64,000 nt of DNA from Steroidobacteraceae bacterium (GCA_035710545.1 DASTDD010000214.1:895-64894); one strand, 5' to 3'. Counted from the first letter of the stretch, positions 17,894 through 27,019 are shown. The notes: generated from the letters alone by a model not told the origin. A program made the numbers and translations.

Positions 17894-17919
17894 GGAACAC
17901 CCTGGCCCCGGCGGGCGTT
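17894..17919 (+). promoter_or_regulatory. EcfG-type ECF promoter GGAAC-N17-CGTT upstream of the PepSY gene
   Basis: GGAAC at 17894-98 and CGTT at 17916-19. About 40 nt upstream of the GTG start at 17959. Confidence 0.5.
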
Positions 17920-17958
17920 GCAGTACCGAAGCGTGCCAACTCCAAGGAGAGCCAGACA

Positions 17959-18498
17959 GTGAGCGCTACGGCGTACCGGATCGCCGCCACGGTCGTGTTT
18001 TGGGCGATGCTGACCGCGGTCGCGGCCGGTTCGGCGAGCGCCGTGCACGAAGTACAGTCGCTCACGCAGGCCAAGGTTTCGCTTACCGAAGGCATCCATC
18101 TCGCGGAGCAGCATGCCAACGGTCATGCCATCAGTGCGTCCTACGAAGTTCCCAACGGCCGTCCGTCGTACTACCTGATCGAGGTTCTGCGCGGCGACGG
18201 CCTGAAGCTGACACGCTACGAGCTCAGCCCCAACACCGGGAGAGTGCAGCCGGCCGGCGATCAACATCTCAACCAACTGCCTGGCAGACTGAAGCCGGCT
18301 GCCGTCGGGAATGCACCGACATCGCTTGCGGGCGCCGTGCAGCGCGCTGAGGAGCGCGCGGGAGGCAAAGCTACCGGGGCTACCATCGACCCGGGTGGGG
18401 ACCGGGTGAACTACATTATTGATATCGCACGGCTCGACGGCAGCACGCAGCGTGTCGAGGTGAACGGGGCCGACGGTAGGGTGGCCGGGACCGATTGA
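17959..18498 (+). CDS. PepSY domain-containing protein (two PepSY-like modules), membrane anchored or secreted
   Basis: GTG at 17959 after AAGGAGA. Hydrophobic N-terminus AATVVFWAMLTAVAAGSASA. PepSY-like blocks ...AISASYEVPNGRPSYYLIEV and ...VNYIIDIARLDGSTQRVEVNGADGRV. Confidence 0.7.
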   Translation: MSATAYRIAATVVFWAMLTAVAAGSASAVHEVQSLTQAKVSLTEGIHLAEQHANGHAISASYEVPNGRPSYYLIEVLRGDGLKLTRYELSPNTGRVQPAGDQHLNQLPGRLKPAAVGNAPTSLAGAVQRAEERAGGKATGATIDPGGDRVNYIIDIARLDGSTQRVEVNGADGRVAGTD

Positions 18499-18601
18499 GC
18501 CTTGGACGGATTCTCCGGCGGAGCCATTGGCCGAGCCAGCTCCCACCCAACCGCGTGGGCGCGCACAATTGGCGGCTCCGCGTACCAGCTGTGGTGATCT
18601 C

Positions 18602-19435
18602 ATGAAGACGGTGGTCCTGCCTGCGGGAGAAAGGGTACCGGCGTTCGGCATGGGCACCTGGCGCATGGCGGAAGATCGCGCCCGGCGCGCCGAGGAGATC
18701 GCCACGTTGCGGCTCGGTCTCGATCGGGGTGCCACGCTCATTGACACGGCTGAAATGTATGGCGAGGGCCACGCGGAGCAGTTGGTCGGGGAGGCAATCG
18801 CCGGCAGACGGGACGAGGTATTCCTCGTGACCAAGGTGTATCCCCACAACGCAAGCCGGACGGGCATGCCGCGCGCGTGCGAGCGCAGCCTCAAGCGCCT
18901 CGGCACCGACCGTATCGACCTCTATCTGTTGCACTGGAGAGGAAGCATCGCGCTGGAGGAATCCATGCAGGCGTTCGCCGATCTGCAAAGAGACGGCAAG
19001 ATCCGCCACTACGGCGTCAGCAATCTCGACCTGGCGGACCTGAAGCAGGTGTCACAAACATCGTCGGGCGGCGCGGTGCAGGCCGACCAGCTACTGTACA
19101 ACCTGACCCGCCGGGCGCTGGAGTGGGATCTGTTGCCCTGGCTGCGGGAACAGGGCATCCCCGTGATGGCCTACTCTCCGGTGGAGGAAGGCCGCCTGCT
19201 CTGCAATGCGCGCCTGGCGCGATTCGCGCGCGACTGCGACCGGACCCCGGCGCAGGTGGCGCTGGCCTGGCTGCTGGCGCGGCCGGATGTCATCGTCATT
19301 CCCAAGACGGCGCGGCGCGATCGACTGTTGGAGAATCTCGCCAGCCTGGAACGGCCACTGGACGCCGGCGAGCTCACGGAGTTGGATCGGCTGTTCCCGC
19401 CTCCGCGCGGCCCGGCGCCGTTGGAAATGATCTGA
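18602..19435 (+). CDS. Aldo/keto reductase
   Basis: MKTVVLPAGERVPAFGMGTWRMAED...IDTAEMYGEGHAE...DLYLLHWRG...VSN are AKR signature blocks. Confidence 0.85.
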   Translation: MKTVVLPAGERVPAFGMGTWRMAEDRARRAEEIATLRLGLDRGATLIDTAEMYGEGHAEQLVGEAIAGRRDEVFLVTKVYPHNASRTGMPRACERSLKRLGTDRIDLYLLHWRGSIALEESMQAFADLQRDGKIRHYGVSNLDLADLKQVSQTSSGGAVQADQLLYNLTRRALEWDLLPWLREQGIPVMAYSPVEEGRLLCNARLARFARDCDRTPAQVALAWLLARPDVIVIPKTARRDRLLENLASLERPLDAGELTELDRLFPPPRGPAPLEMI

Positions 19436-19519
19436 GCGCCCGGTACAGTGGCGACGATATGTACCCAGGCATCGGCTTGCCGCCGGTGTTCCTGTCTTCG
19501 AACAGGATGGTCCGATTCG

Positions 19520-19837
19520 ATGAAGCCCAAACAGACTTACCGGGGTGTCCTCCTGCGCGACAAGCCGGCAGCCCGCCCGCTGCCGCGGCCGCAAGCCCGC
19601 GGGCCGGTGCGCGTGGGTCGGGAAGTGGCCGGTCGCAATGGCAAGGGCGTCTCGGTGATTACCGGTTTGCCCCTTTCGGGGGCCGAGCTGGAGGCTCTCG
19701 CGACCGACCTGAAGAGGCGCTGTGGAGCGGGCGGCGCGGTACGGGATGGCGTCATCGAGATCCAGGGCGACCATCGGGACCGGCTCGTCGCCGAGCTGGT
19801 CAAGCTCGGCTATGAGGCGCGCCGCTCGGGCGGGTGA
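19520..19837 (+). CDS. yciH: Translation initiation factor SUI1/YciH family
   Basis: [67 protein letters not shown]. Start chosen at MKPKQ. Confidence 0.8.
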   Translation: MKPKQTYRGVLLRDKPAARPLPRPQARGPVRVGREVAGRNGKGVSVITGLPLSGAELEALATDLKRRCGAGGAVRDGVIEIQGDHRDRLVAELVKLGYEARRSGG

Positions 19838-19976
19838 GCCTTCCCGGCTGGCAAGCCGTGTCGAATATTGCTATAGACTTGCACAAGGCGGGCCTGCCGG
19901 AAGTCCGCCTGGATGCGGGGATTTCACGCACGGCAGCCCCGGTTCCCGGAACTTACTTATCATGCAGGAGTTTCGA

Positions 19977-20609
19977 ATGGGAAACAGTCACGCGGAACAC
20001 GTCGTGTCCAGGAATCATCCTTCAGCAAAGCGCGCTCCGAGCGGGGACGCGCTGCTATTCGCGCGCAACTTCTTCCGCCATCCGCGCATGCTGGGCTCGA
20101 TCATTCCGAGCTCTCGCTTTTTGATCAAGCAGCTTCTGCAGCCGATCGACTGGGACAAGGCCCGGGTCATCGTCGAGTACGGTCCAGGGGTCGGTGGAAT
20201 CACCGCCGAGGTGTTGCGGCGTATGCGCCCCGACGCGTGCCTGATCGCCATCGAGACCAATCCGGAGTTCGTCAGCTTCCTGAGCCGGACCCTGGTGGAT
20301 GAGCGGTTCCATGTCGTGCAGGCTTCGGCCGCCGATGTCTGCGAGATCCTGCAGCAACACGGTCATTCCAAGGCGAGCTACATCATCTCGGGCATTCCAC
20401 TGGGCGCCATGCCGCAAAGGCTGCGCCAGCCGATCCTGCACCACACCTGCGAAGCACTGGAACCCGGCGGCTCGTTCCTCGTGTATCAATTTACGACACG
20501 GGTATTGCCGGATCTGAAGCGGATCTTCAGGTATGTCAAGCGCAAATTCGAGCCGCTCAATGTGCTGCCGGCTCACCTGTTCTTCTGCCAGCAGCCGGCG
20601 ACGGCCTAG
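19977..20609 (+). CDS. Class I SAM-dependent methyltransferase (Rhodobacter PmtA-like phospholipid N-methyltransferase family)
   Basis: FFRHPRMLGSIIPSSRFLIKQLL...VIVEYGPGVGGITAEVL SAM motif I. ATG at 19977 lies 6 nt after AGGAG. Confidence 0.65.
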   Translation: MGNSHAEHVVSRNHPSAKRAPSGDALLFARNFFRHPRMLGSIIPSSRFLIKQLLQPIDWDKARVIVEYGPGVGGITAEVLRRMRPDACLIAIETNPEFVSFLSRTLVDERFHVVQASAADVCEILQQHGHSKASYIISGIPLGAMPQRLRQPILHHTCEALEPGGSFLVYQFTTRVLPDLKRIFRYVKRKFEPLNVLPAHLFFCQQPATA

Positions 20610-20672
20610 CCGCGCGGGAGTCGGGTTGTCCGCCCCAAGCGTGCCGGACGGCGCGCCTGGCGCGCATGTTGT

Positions 20673-21647
20673 ATGAGCACGCTCGGTACCTGGGCATTCC
20701 CGGAGCGCCTGCAACCCAGGCAGGAGCTGCTGCGTTACGATCTGGAGGCGGCTCTGCAGTCCGTGGTGCTTCTGCACGCGGAAGTGCCCGATAATGCTTT
20801 CACCGCGGCGGTCCTGGGAACGGAACGCATCGGGCACGGCGTAGTCATCGGGCACGACGGGCTGGTAGTCACCATCGGCTATCTGGTCACGGAAGCACGA
20901 TCCATCTGGCTCACCACCAACAGCGGCGCCGTGCTGCCGGGCCACGTCGTCGGCTACGACCAGGTGACCGGCCTGGGGCTGGTTCAGCCGCTCGGCCGGC
21001 TCGACGTTCCTGCCATGCCGCGAGGCTCGGCCAGCGGGGCCGCGGTGGGTGATGGCGTAACCGTGATCGGTCACGGCGGCCTCAGTCACGCGCTCGATGC
21101 GAAGCTCATCGCCAAGCGGGAATTCGCCGGCTACTGGGAATACCTGCTGGAGGAGGCTGTGTTCACCGCACCCGCGCACCCGCAGTGGGGCGGCGCGGCA
21201 CTCGTGAACAGGGACGGCAGGCTTCTGGGGGTCGGATCGCTGCTGGTGCAGGAGGCCAGGGGCGCGCGCACCGTCGACGCCAACATGTTCGTGCCCATCG
21301 ATCTGCTCGAGCCCATACTCGACGACATGCTCCGGCTGGGGCGGCCTTCACGGGCAGCGCGTCCCTGGCTCGGTATGTATGCGACCTCACTGGAAGGCGT
21401 GCTCGTGGTGGGCGGGCTGACTCCTGGCGGACCGGCCCAGAGGGCGGGAATGCGTCCCGGTGATGTGTTGCTCGAGGTGGCCGGCGAACCGGTCGGCGAC
21501 CTGGCAGACATGCTGCGCAGAGTCTGGAGTATCGGGCCGGCCGGCGCCGAGATCGGGCTGACCGTGGCACGCGGAGGCAGTACTTCCCGCATCAGCGTCA
21601 AATCCGCGGATCGCAGTGACTACCTCACCAAGCCGAGAACTCACTGA
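20673..21647 (+). CDS. Trypsin-like (S1C/HtrA-like) domain plus PDZ protein, cytoplasmic; the Ser nucleophile motif is not evident
   Basis: His block GHGVVIGHDGLVVT and Asp block GYDQVTGLGLV. QWGGAALVN sits where GNSGGxLVN is expected. C-terminal PDZ (GGLTPGGPAQRAGMRPGDVLLEV). No signal peptide. Confidence 0.7.
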   Translation: MSTLGTWAFPERLQPRQELLRYDLEAALQSVVLLHAEVPDNAFTAAVLGTERIGHGVVIGHDGLVVTIGYLVTEARSIWLTTNSGAVLPGHVVGYDQVTGLGLVQPLGRLDVPAMPRGSASGAAVGDGVTVIGHGGLSHALDAKLIAKREFAGYWEYLLEEAVFTAPAHPQWGGAALVNRDGRLLGVGSLLVQEARGARTVDANMFVPIDLLEPILDDMLRLGRPSRAARPWLGMYATSLEGVLVVGGLTPGGPAQRAGMRPGDVLLEVAGEPVGDLADMLRRVWSIGPAGAEIGLTVARGGSTSRISVKSADRSDYLTKPRTH

Positions 21648-22325
21648 TCATCCGTGTCGGATCGGGCGGATGAGGACTGGATCATCGAACTGAGGGAAGT
21701 TGACGTGCGGACCCACCGCATGCCTCACCATCCGCTCGGCCGGATACCCCTGCAGAAGATTCCTTGCCTCGGCAGGGCGTCCTCCCAACCACGTCTCATA
21801 AGCCTCGCGGGGCAGGATCGCCGGCATCGCTCCGGTGGTCTCGATTCCCGCCAGAAGAGTGTTGGCCGGCACGGTGAGCAGTGCGCACCCCTCGATCACA
21901 TCGTCGTCCTTCTCCGTGACAAAACGATCCCACAGTGCGGCAACGCCAAACACGGGCCGATTCACGACCCGCACGTAAAACGGCTGGCGGTGCCCGCTGT
22001 CCGAACGCTGCCAGATATAAAACCCGGCAACCGGCACGATGCAGCGTTGACCGTGCAGCCACACGGTGCGGTATTCCTCAGACTCTTCCATGACCGTGCT
22101 CGTGAGCGTCGGATCGGGTTCGCCCGGTGCATCGGGCCTCCTGGAAGCGGGCAGCAGACCCCAACGCATCACGACGCCCTCGGACTCCCGTTCATGCATG
22201 CGGGCGGCAGGCACACTCTGTAAGGGGGCGACGTTGAAGCGTGTTTCGAATGTCCACCAGGGGTTGCTGACGCTGATCTCCTGCTCAGCCTCTTCCCTGC
22301 CCGGTATCACCAGTCGTTGGCACAT
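21648..22325 (-). CDS. SOS-response-associated peptidase (SRAP/YedK) family protein, divergent
   Basis: Starts MCQR (Cys2). Has FNVAP, MRWGLLP and PVAGFYIW blocks. Start set at MC (22325). The stop abuts the neighbouring gene's stop. Confidence 0.7.
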   Translation of the reverse strand: MCQRLVIPGREEAEQEISVSNPWWTFETRFNVAPLQSVPAARMHERESEGVVMRWGLLPASRRPDAPGEPDPTLTSTVMEESEEYRTVWLHGQRCIVPVAGFYIWQRSDSGHRQPFYVRVVNRPVFGVAALWDRFVTEKDDDVIEGCALLTVPANTLLAGIETTGAMPAILPREAYETWLGGRPAEARNLLQGYPAERMVRHAVGPHVNFPQFDDPVLIRPIRHG

Positions 22326-22537
22326 ACCGCAAGAGTACGACCACACCCCGTCGCGCGGGAACTGTCCGCGGCTGCCGACACGCTGCAACCGTTCGCCCTC
22401 CCGCGATTTCCCCAGCTCCATAGCCCAACTGGCGGGTTACACGCGGCCAAAGGGTGAGACGCCTGCGTCGAACCCCTCCTGGCCGCGTGCCCGAAGAGAC
22501 AGCTGAGCTTGACCTGCTGAAAGTGCCGCAGGAGATT

Positions 22538-22972
22538 TCAGCCAATGGCTCGACTGAACACCATTGAATCATCCGCGAATGCCTTGAGCTCGAGGGCGTT
22601 ACCCGAGGGGTCGAGAAAAAAGCACGTCGCCTGCTCGCCCGCCTGGCCCTTGAAGCGCACCTGCGGCTCGATGAGGAACGCTACCCCGGCCGCCTTCAGG
22701 CGTTGAGTGACGCCCTGCCACTCGGCGAGCGTCAGGATCAGGCCGAAATGCCGTACGGGGACGTTTTCTCCATCCACCTCGTTGTAGTCGCCGGCGGTTT
22801 GCCGCTCGCACAGGTGCGCAACGATCTGGTGTCCGTGGAAGTCGAAGTCCACCCAGCGGTCCGATGAGCGTCCTTCGGGACAACCGAGCAGGCCGCCATA
22901 GAAGTTGCGCGCCGCGCCCAGATCGTGAACCGGGAAGGCGAGATGGAAGCGTGGCTGGCGCGGCTCAGTCAT
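22538..22972 (-). CDS. VOC (glyoxalase/bleomycin resistance/dioxygenase) family protein
   Basis: FHLAFPVHDLGAARNFYGGLLGCPEGR...DFHGHQIVAH...FLDPSGNALELK is the typical VOC fold pattern. Confidence 0.7.
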   Translation of the reverse strand: MTEPRQPRFHLAFPVHDLGAARNFYGGLLGCPEGRSSDRWVDFDFHGHQIVAHLCERQTAGDYNEVDGENVPVRHFGLILTLAEWQGVTQRLKAAGVAFLIEPQVRFKGQAGEQATCFFLDPSGNALELKAFADDSMVFSRAIG

Positions 22973-23023
22973 GGCTTTCTCCGGTCGATTGGTGCCACCC
23001 CTCGCACGCTTGCGTGCGAGACG

Positions 23024-23680
23024 CTATCGCGGAGCCTGGAGCAGGCTTGACAGGTCGGCACGCGTCTCCTCGATATGCGCATGCGTCAGGCGGCTTGCCT
23101 CATCCGCCTTGCCGCTCGTCCACGCTTCGTACAGGTCCGTGTGCTCGGCGGTTGCGCGAGTCACGCGCCCGCGCGGCAGCAAGTGCATGCGTACATACCG
23201 GTGCGACAGCGTATGGAGTCTGTTGAGTATCTCGGCGGTGACGGGCTGCAGGCGGGGCACGGTCAGCGCCAGGTGAAAGGCCCGGTTGAGCTCACCCGAT
23301 TCATGCAACTCACCGGCAGCCAGAGCATCGTTCAGGTTGGTGAATGCAAGCCGCACCGCATCGACATCTCCGGGTGTCGCGAGTCTGACCCCTTCCGCCA
23401 CAGCAGCCGGCTCGATCTGCAGGCGGAGCCGGAAGACTTCGTCCACCTCGGTCGAAGACAGAGGTCGCACCTGAAATCCGCGGTGAGCATAGACGTCTAC
23501 CAGGCCTTCGGCGCGCAGCTGGACCAGTGCCTCGCGCACCGGAATCTTGCTCACGCCGAATTCGGCTGCGATGACGTCCTGCAGCAATGCCGACCCCGGC
23601 GGATACTCTCCTGTCAGGATCTTTTCCCGGATCCGGTCCGTGATCTGCCCACTCATGGTGCGAATCAGTGGTTCGGACAT
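23024..23680 (-). CDS. GntR family transcriptional regulator (FadR/FCD type)
   Basis: ITDRIREKILTGEYPPGSALLQDVIAAEFGVSKIPVREALVQLRAEGLV wHTH, then a helical FCD-like C-terminus. Confidence 0.85.
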   Translation of the reverse strand: MSEPLIRTMSGQITDRIREKILTGEYPPGSALLQDVIAAEFGVSKIPVREALVQLRAEGLVDVYAHRGFQVRPLSSTEVDEVFRLRLQIEPAAVAEGVRLATPGDVDAVRLAFTNLNDALAAGELHESGELNRAFHLALTVPRLQPVTAEILNRLHTLSHRYVRMHLLPRGRVTRATAEHTDLYEAWTSGKADEASRLTHAHIEETRADLSSLLQAPR

Positions 23681-23722
23681 ATTCCTGACGGTGGCGGCCT
23701 GCAAGCTGCCACCGGCTCCGGC

Positions 23723-24721
23723 TCAGATCACCTGGAAACCCGTGGGAAACGGCTCGGCTGGGTCGATCCACACGGTGTTGAATCCGGTGACGAAAGCAGA
23801 ACCCTCGATTCCCGGAATGATAGCCGGTGTGCCGTTAAGATCCACTGTCTGCAGCACCCGGCCGACGAAGCGGCTGCCGATGATGCTCTCGTGCACGTAG
23901 GAGTCCCCGGAACGCAGTCGGCCGCGCGCGACAAGGTGCGCGAGGCGCGCTGAAGTTCCCGTGCCGCACGGAGACCGGTCGATGGCCCGGTCGCCGTAGA
24001 ATACGGCGTTCCGGCCATCGGCGCCCTCACCCTTGGGCCGGTCAGTCCACATGACGTGGCTGACCCCGCGGATCGTTGCATCCAGCGGGTGAACCGGCTC
24101 CACCGCCTTGCGCATGAGCGCACGGACCACTGGACTGAGCGACAGAATCCTCGATGCTCCCAGCGCGTCGATTCCCTCGTAGGCGTCCTGCGTCTCGATG
24201 ATCGCGTAGAAATTGCCGCCATAGGCCACGTCGACGGTCAGCGGGCCTAGACCCGGAACGTCGATGCGGATGCCTTCGGCAGCCAGGTAGGAAGCGACGT
24301 TGCGGATCGTGACCGTAGTGACCTTGTCGCCGCGCACCGTGTATTCGATGCCGATGACCCCGGCAGGCACCTCGAGGCTGAGCCGGCCGTAGGTTCGCGG
24401 TCTGATCAGCCCATGCTCGAGCGCAAACGTGACAATGCCCATGGTGCCGTGCCCGCACATGGGCAGACATCCGCTCGTTTCGATGAACAGAACGGCAGCA
24501 TCGTTGGCGGGGTCGAACGGCGGATACAGAAACCCGCCGGACATCATGTCGTGGCCGCGCGGCTCGAACATCAGTCCCCGACGGATCCAGTCGAAGCGTG
24601 CCAGGAAATCCTGCCGCCGCTCGCTCATGTTGGCGCCGGAGAGGAAAGGGGCGCCGCCCACCACCAGGCGCACAGGATTGCCCGCGGTGTGGCCGTCGAT
24701 GCAGAAGAAGACCGACTTCAT
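23723..24721 (-). CDS. 4-hydroxyproline 2-epimerase (proline racemase family, Cys/Cys type)
   Basis: MKSVFFCIDGHTAGNPVRLV... with the first catalytic Cys in SGCLPMCGHG and the second in DRSPCGTGTSA. Confidence 0.8.
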   Translation of the reverse strand: MKSVFFCIDGHTAGNPVRLVVGGAPFLSGANMSERRQDFLARFDWIRRGLMFEPRGHDMMSGGFLYPPFDPANDAAVLFIETSGCLPMCGHGTMGIVTFALEHGLIRPRTYGRLSLEVPAGVIGIEYTVRGDKVTTVTIRNVASYLAAEGIRIDVPGLGPLTVDVAYGGNFYAIIETQDAYEGIDALGASRILSLSPVVRALMRKAVEPVHPLDATIRGVSHVMWTDRPKGEGADGRNAVFYGDRAIDRSPCGTGTSARLAHLVARGRLRSGDSYVHESIIGSRFVGRVLQTVDLNGTPAIIPGIEGSAFVTGFNTVWIDPAEPFPTGFQVI

Positions 24722-24733
24722 GCGGGCATCCCG

Positions 24734-25639
24734 CTAGCGGGGCCGCCGGGTGGCCGCTTCCTTGACCATCGCCGTGACCGCCTCGCGGCGCTCGCCGGAC
24801 AGTGGCAATCGCGGCGGCCGGACTCGCTCCGAGCCCCGGCCCATGAGCTGCTCGGCCAGCTTGATCGACTGAACCAGGTCGGGGTCCGAATCCAGGTGCA
24901 GCAGGGGCATGAACCAGCGGTAGATGGCCCGGGCGCGCTCGAGATTGCCGGAGCGCAGCGCCTCGTAGAACAACAGCGACTCCTCCGGGAACGCGTTGGT
25001 CAGGCCGGACACCCATCCCTTCGCCCCCAGGCACAGCCCCTCGAACGCCACGTCGTCCAGTCCGGCAAACACCACGAAGCGGTCGCCGAATGCATTCAGC
25101 ACGTCGGTGAATCTCCGCGAGTCGGGCGCCGACTCCTTGAGCGCCACGATGTTGGGCAGCTGTGCCAGACGCGCCAGAGTTCCCAACTCGATGTTTACCC
25201 GGTAGGCCGGCGGGTTGTTGTACAGCATGATGGGCAGAGAGGTGGCCTGCGCGACGGTCCTGAAGTGGTATTCCAGCTCGGCGGAAGTCGGCACGTAGAC
25301 CATGGCCGGCAGCACCATCAATCCGTCTACACCGATCCGCGCCGCGTCGCGCGCGTACGCGACGGCATTCGCAGTCGTCAGTTCTGACACTCCTGCCAAA
25401 ACCGGTACACGGCCGGCAGCGGTCTCCACCGCCGCCTGCAGCACGGCACGCTTCTCCTCGGCGCTCAGGGAGTTGTTTTCTCCGACGGTGCCGAGTATCA
25501 CCAGACCGTGGACGCCGGCGCGCAGCAGCGCTGCCTGCACGGCGCGCGTACCCGGCAGGTCAACATTCAGAGCTTCGTCGAACTGGGTCGTGGCGGCCGG
25601 GAAGACACCTGACCAGGTGCAAGCGATCGGTGCTGACAT
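24734..25639 (-). CDS. Dihydrodipicolinate synthase family protein, likely 1-pyrroline-4-hydroxy-2-carboxylate deaminase
   Basis: DapA/NAL-family blocks (GTVGENNSLS.EEK, LPIMLYNNP). Adjacent to the hydroxyproline epimerase. Confidence 0.75.
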   Translation of the reverse strand: MSAPIACTWSGVFPAATTQFDEALNVDLPGTRAVQAALLRAGVHGLVILGTVGENNSLSAEEKRAVLQAAVETAAGRVPVLAGVSELTTANAVAYARDAARIGVDGLMVLPAMVYVPTSAELEYHFRTVAQATSLPIMLYNNPPAYRVNIELGTLARLAQLPNIVALKESAPDSRRFTDVLNAFGDRFVVFAGLDDVAFEGLCLGAKGWVSGLTNAFPEESLLFYEALRSGNLERARAIYRWFMPLLHLDSDPDLVQSIKLAEQLMGRGSERVRPPRLPLSGERREAVTAMVKEAATRRPR

Positions 25640-25679
25640 GTGGCGGCCGCTTGTTGAGGTATCGTAGATCGTATACGGT

Positions 25680-25687
25680 AGGTCCGT
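25680..25687. promoter_or_regulatory. Candidate GntR-type operator core CGTATACG in an AT-richer divergent promoter region
   Basis: Perfect 8-bp palindrome within GTATCGTAGATCGTATACGGTAGGTCCGTATGG, between the divergent DHDPS-like and FAD-oxidoreductase genes. Confidence 0.25.
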
Positions 25688-25711
25688 ATGGCGACAGGGT
25701 AGCCGGCTCGC

Positions 25712-27019
25712 ATGGCGGAATCAAACTGCGGCGGGAGCGCTGTCGCCGTCATTGGCGCGGGTGTGGTCGGTTGTGCCGTGGCCTGGACGCTCGCGCGCAC
25801 CGCGCAGCGCGTAGTGCTGCTCGATCGAGCGGACCCGGCAACCGCTGGAGCCTCATTTGGCAACGTCGGGCACATCGCGACCGAGCAGGTGCAACCGCTG
25901 CCCTCCCCACAGCTGCTGCTCACGTTCTGGCGGGAGCTGTTTGCGCTCGGCGGTCCTCTCGACATTCCGCGGCACCGACTGACCGCGCTCGCGCCCTGGT
26001 TCGCGCGATTCGCCCTGGCGGCCTTGCGGCAGCGGCAGAACGCCAGATACTTCAGTCCTCTCGTGCGCGCAGCCGCCGACGCACTCGCGCGCCTCCTCGA
26101 GGAAGTTGGCCGGCGCGATCTCATGCGCCGAAACGGGCATTACTCATTGTGGCTGGGTCAGGACGGAGTCGCACGTGCAGCGCTCGAGCGCAGGCAGGCG
26201 ATGGCCTGGAACGTCGCCGCCTCGCCCGCCCCGCCGGACCTGCTCAGGGCTGCAGCCTCGGCGGCAGCCCACTCGACTCGCGCGAGGCCCCAGAGTGCGA
26301 ACCGGTTGCACGCCGGGCCGGCCGCGGGCCTCTGGTACCCCGATAGCGCCCACGTGTTGGACCCGGCCCTCGTGGCCCAGGCGCTGGCTTCCGGCGCCGT
26401 GCGTGCCGGCGCAATACTCAAGCGCTCGAACGTCCGGCAGCTCGCGGCCGCGGGCGACGCTATCGAAGTGTTCACCGACACCGGATCCCTGACGGTGAAG
26501 ACGGCCGTGATCTGTTGCGGCGTGTGGTCCGCGCCCTTCATGGAATCCTTCGGCCTTCGCGCTCCTTTGGAAGCCGAGCGGGGGTATCACGTGGAGCTGC
26601 CGGGCCACGCCCCTCTTGCGGATGCGCCGATCGTTTATGCAGACCACAGCGTGGCGGTGACACCCATGTCCGGTCGACTGCGCGCCTCGAGCTATCTGGA
26701 GTTCGCGGGCCTGGGGACTCCGCCGGATCCGCGCAAGCCTGCTCGGTTGCGCGCGACGCTGCGTGAGCTGGGTTATCAATGCGATCCGGATGGGCCGAGC
26801 TGGATGGGGCCGCGCCCCACGCTGCCTGATTACCTGCCCGCGATCGGCCGCGTGCCCGGACCGCTCAACCTGTTCTATGCCTTCGGTCATCAGCATATGG
26901 GTTTGACGCTGTCGGCCGTGACCGCGGAGCTGGTCGCCGAACTCGTGACGGCGCGGCCCCTCCGCTTCGACATCTCCGCCTTCGATCTGAGGCGCTTTGG
27001 AGCCGCCCGGCGGCGCTGA
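25712..27019 (+). CDS. FAD-dependent oxidoreductase (D-amino acid / D-hydroxyproline dehydrogenase-like)
   Basis: N-terminal dinucleotide fold VAVIGAGVVGCAVAWTLA, DAO-family length, and its position in the hydroxyproline cluster. Confidence 0.8.
   Translation: MAESNCGGSAVAVIGAGVVGCAVAWTLARTAQRVVLLDRADPATAGASFGNVGHIATEQVQPLPSPQLLLTFWRELFALGGPLDIPRHRLTALAPWFARFALAALRQRQNARYFSPLVRAAADALARLLEEVGRRDLMRRNGHYSLWLGQDGVARAALERRQAMAWNVAASPAPPDLLRAAASAAAHSTRARPQSANRLHAGPAAGLWYPDSAHVLDPALVAQALASGAVRAGAILKRSNVRQLAAAGDAIEVFTDTGSLTVKTAVICCGVWSAPFMESFGLRAPLEAERGYHVELPGHAPLADAPIVYADHSVAVTPMSGRLRASSYLEFAGLGTPPDPRKPARLRATLRELGYQCDPDGPSWMGPRPTLPDYLPAIGRVPGPLNLFYAFGHQHMGLTLSAVTAELVAELVTARPLRFDISAFDLRRFGAARRR

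Noticed and set aside
22326-22440. LexA/SOS box upstream of the SRAP gene
   Set aside because: No CTGT-N8-ACAG or other palindromic SOS-box-like sequence was found. CTGTCCGCGGCTGCCGACA does not fit the spacing.
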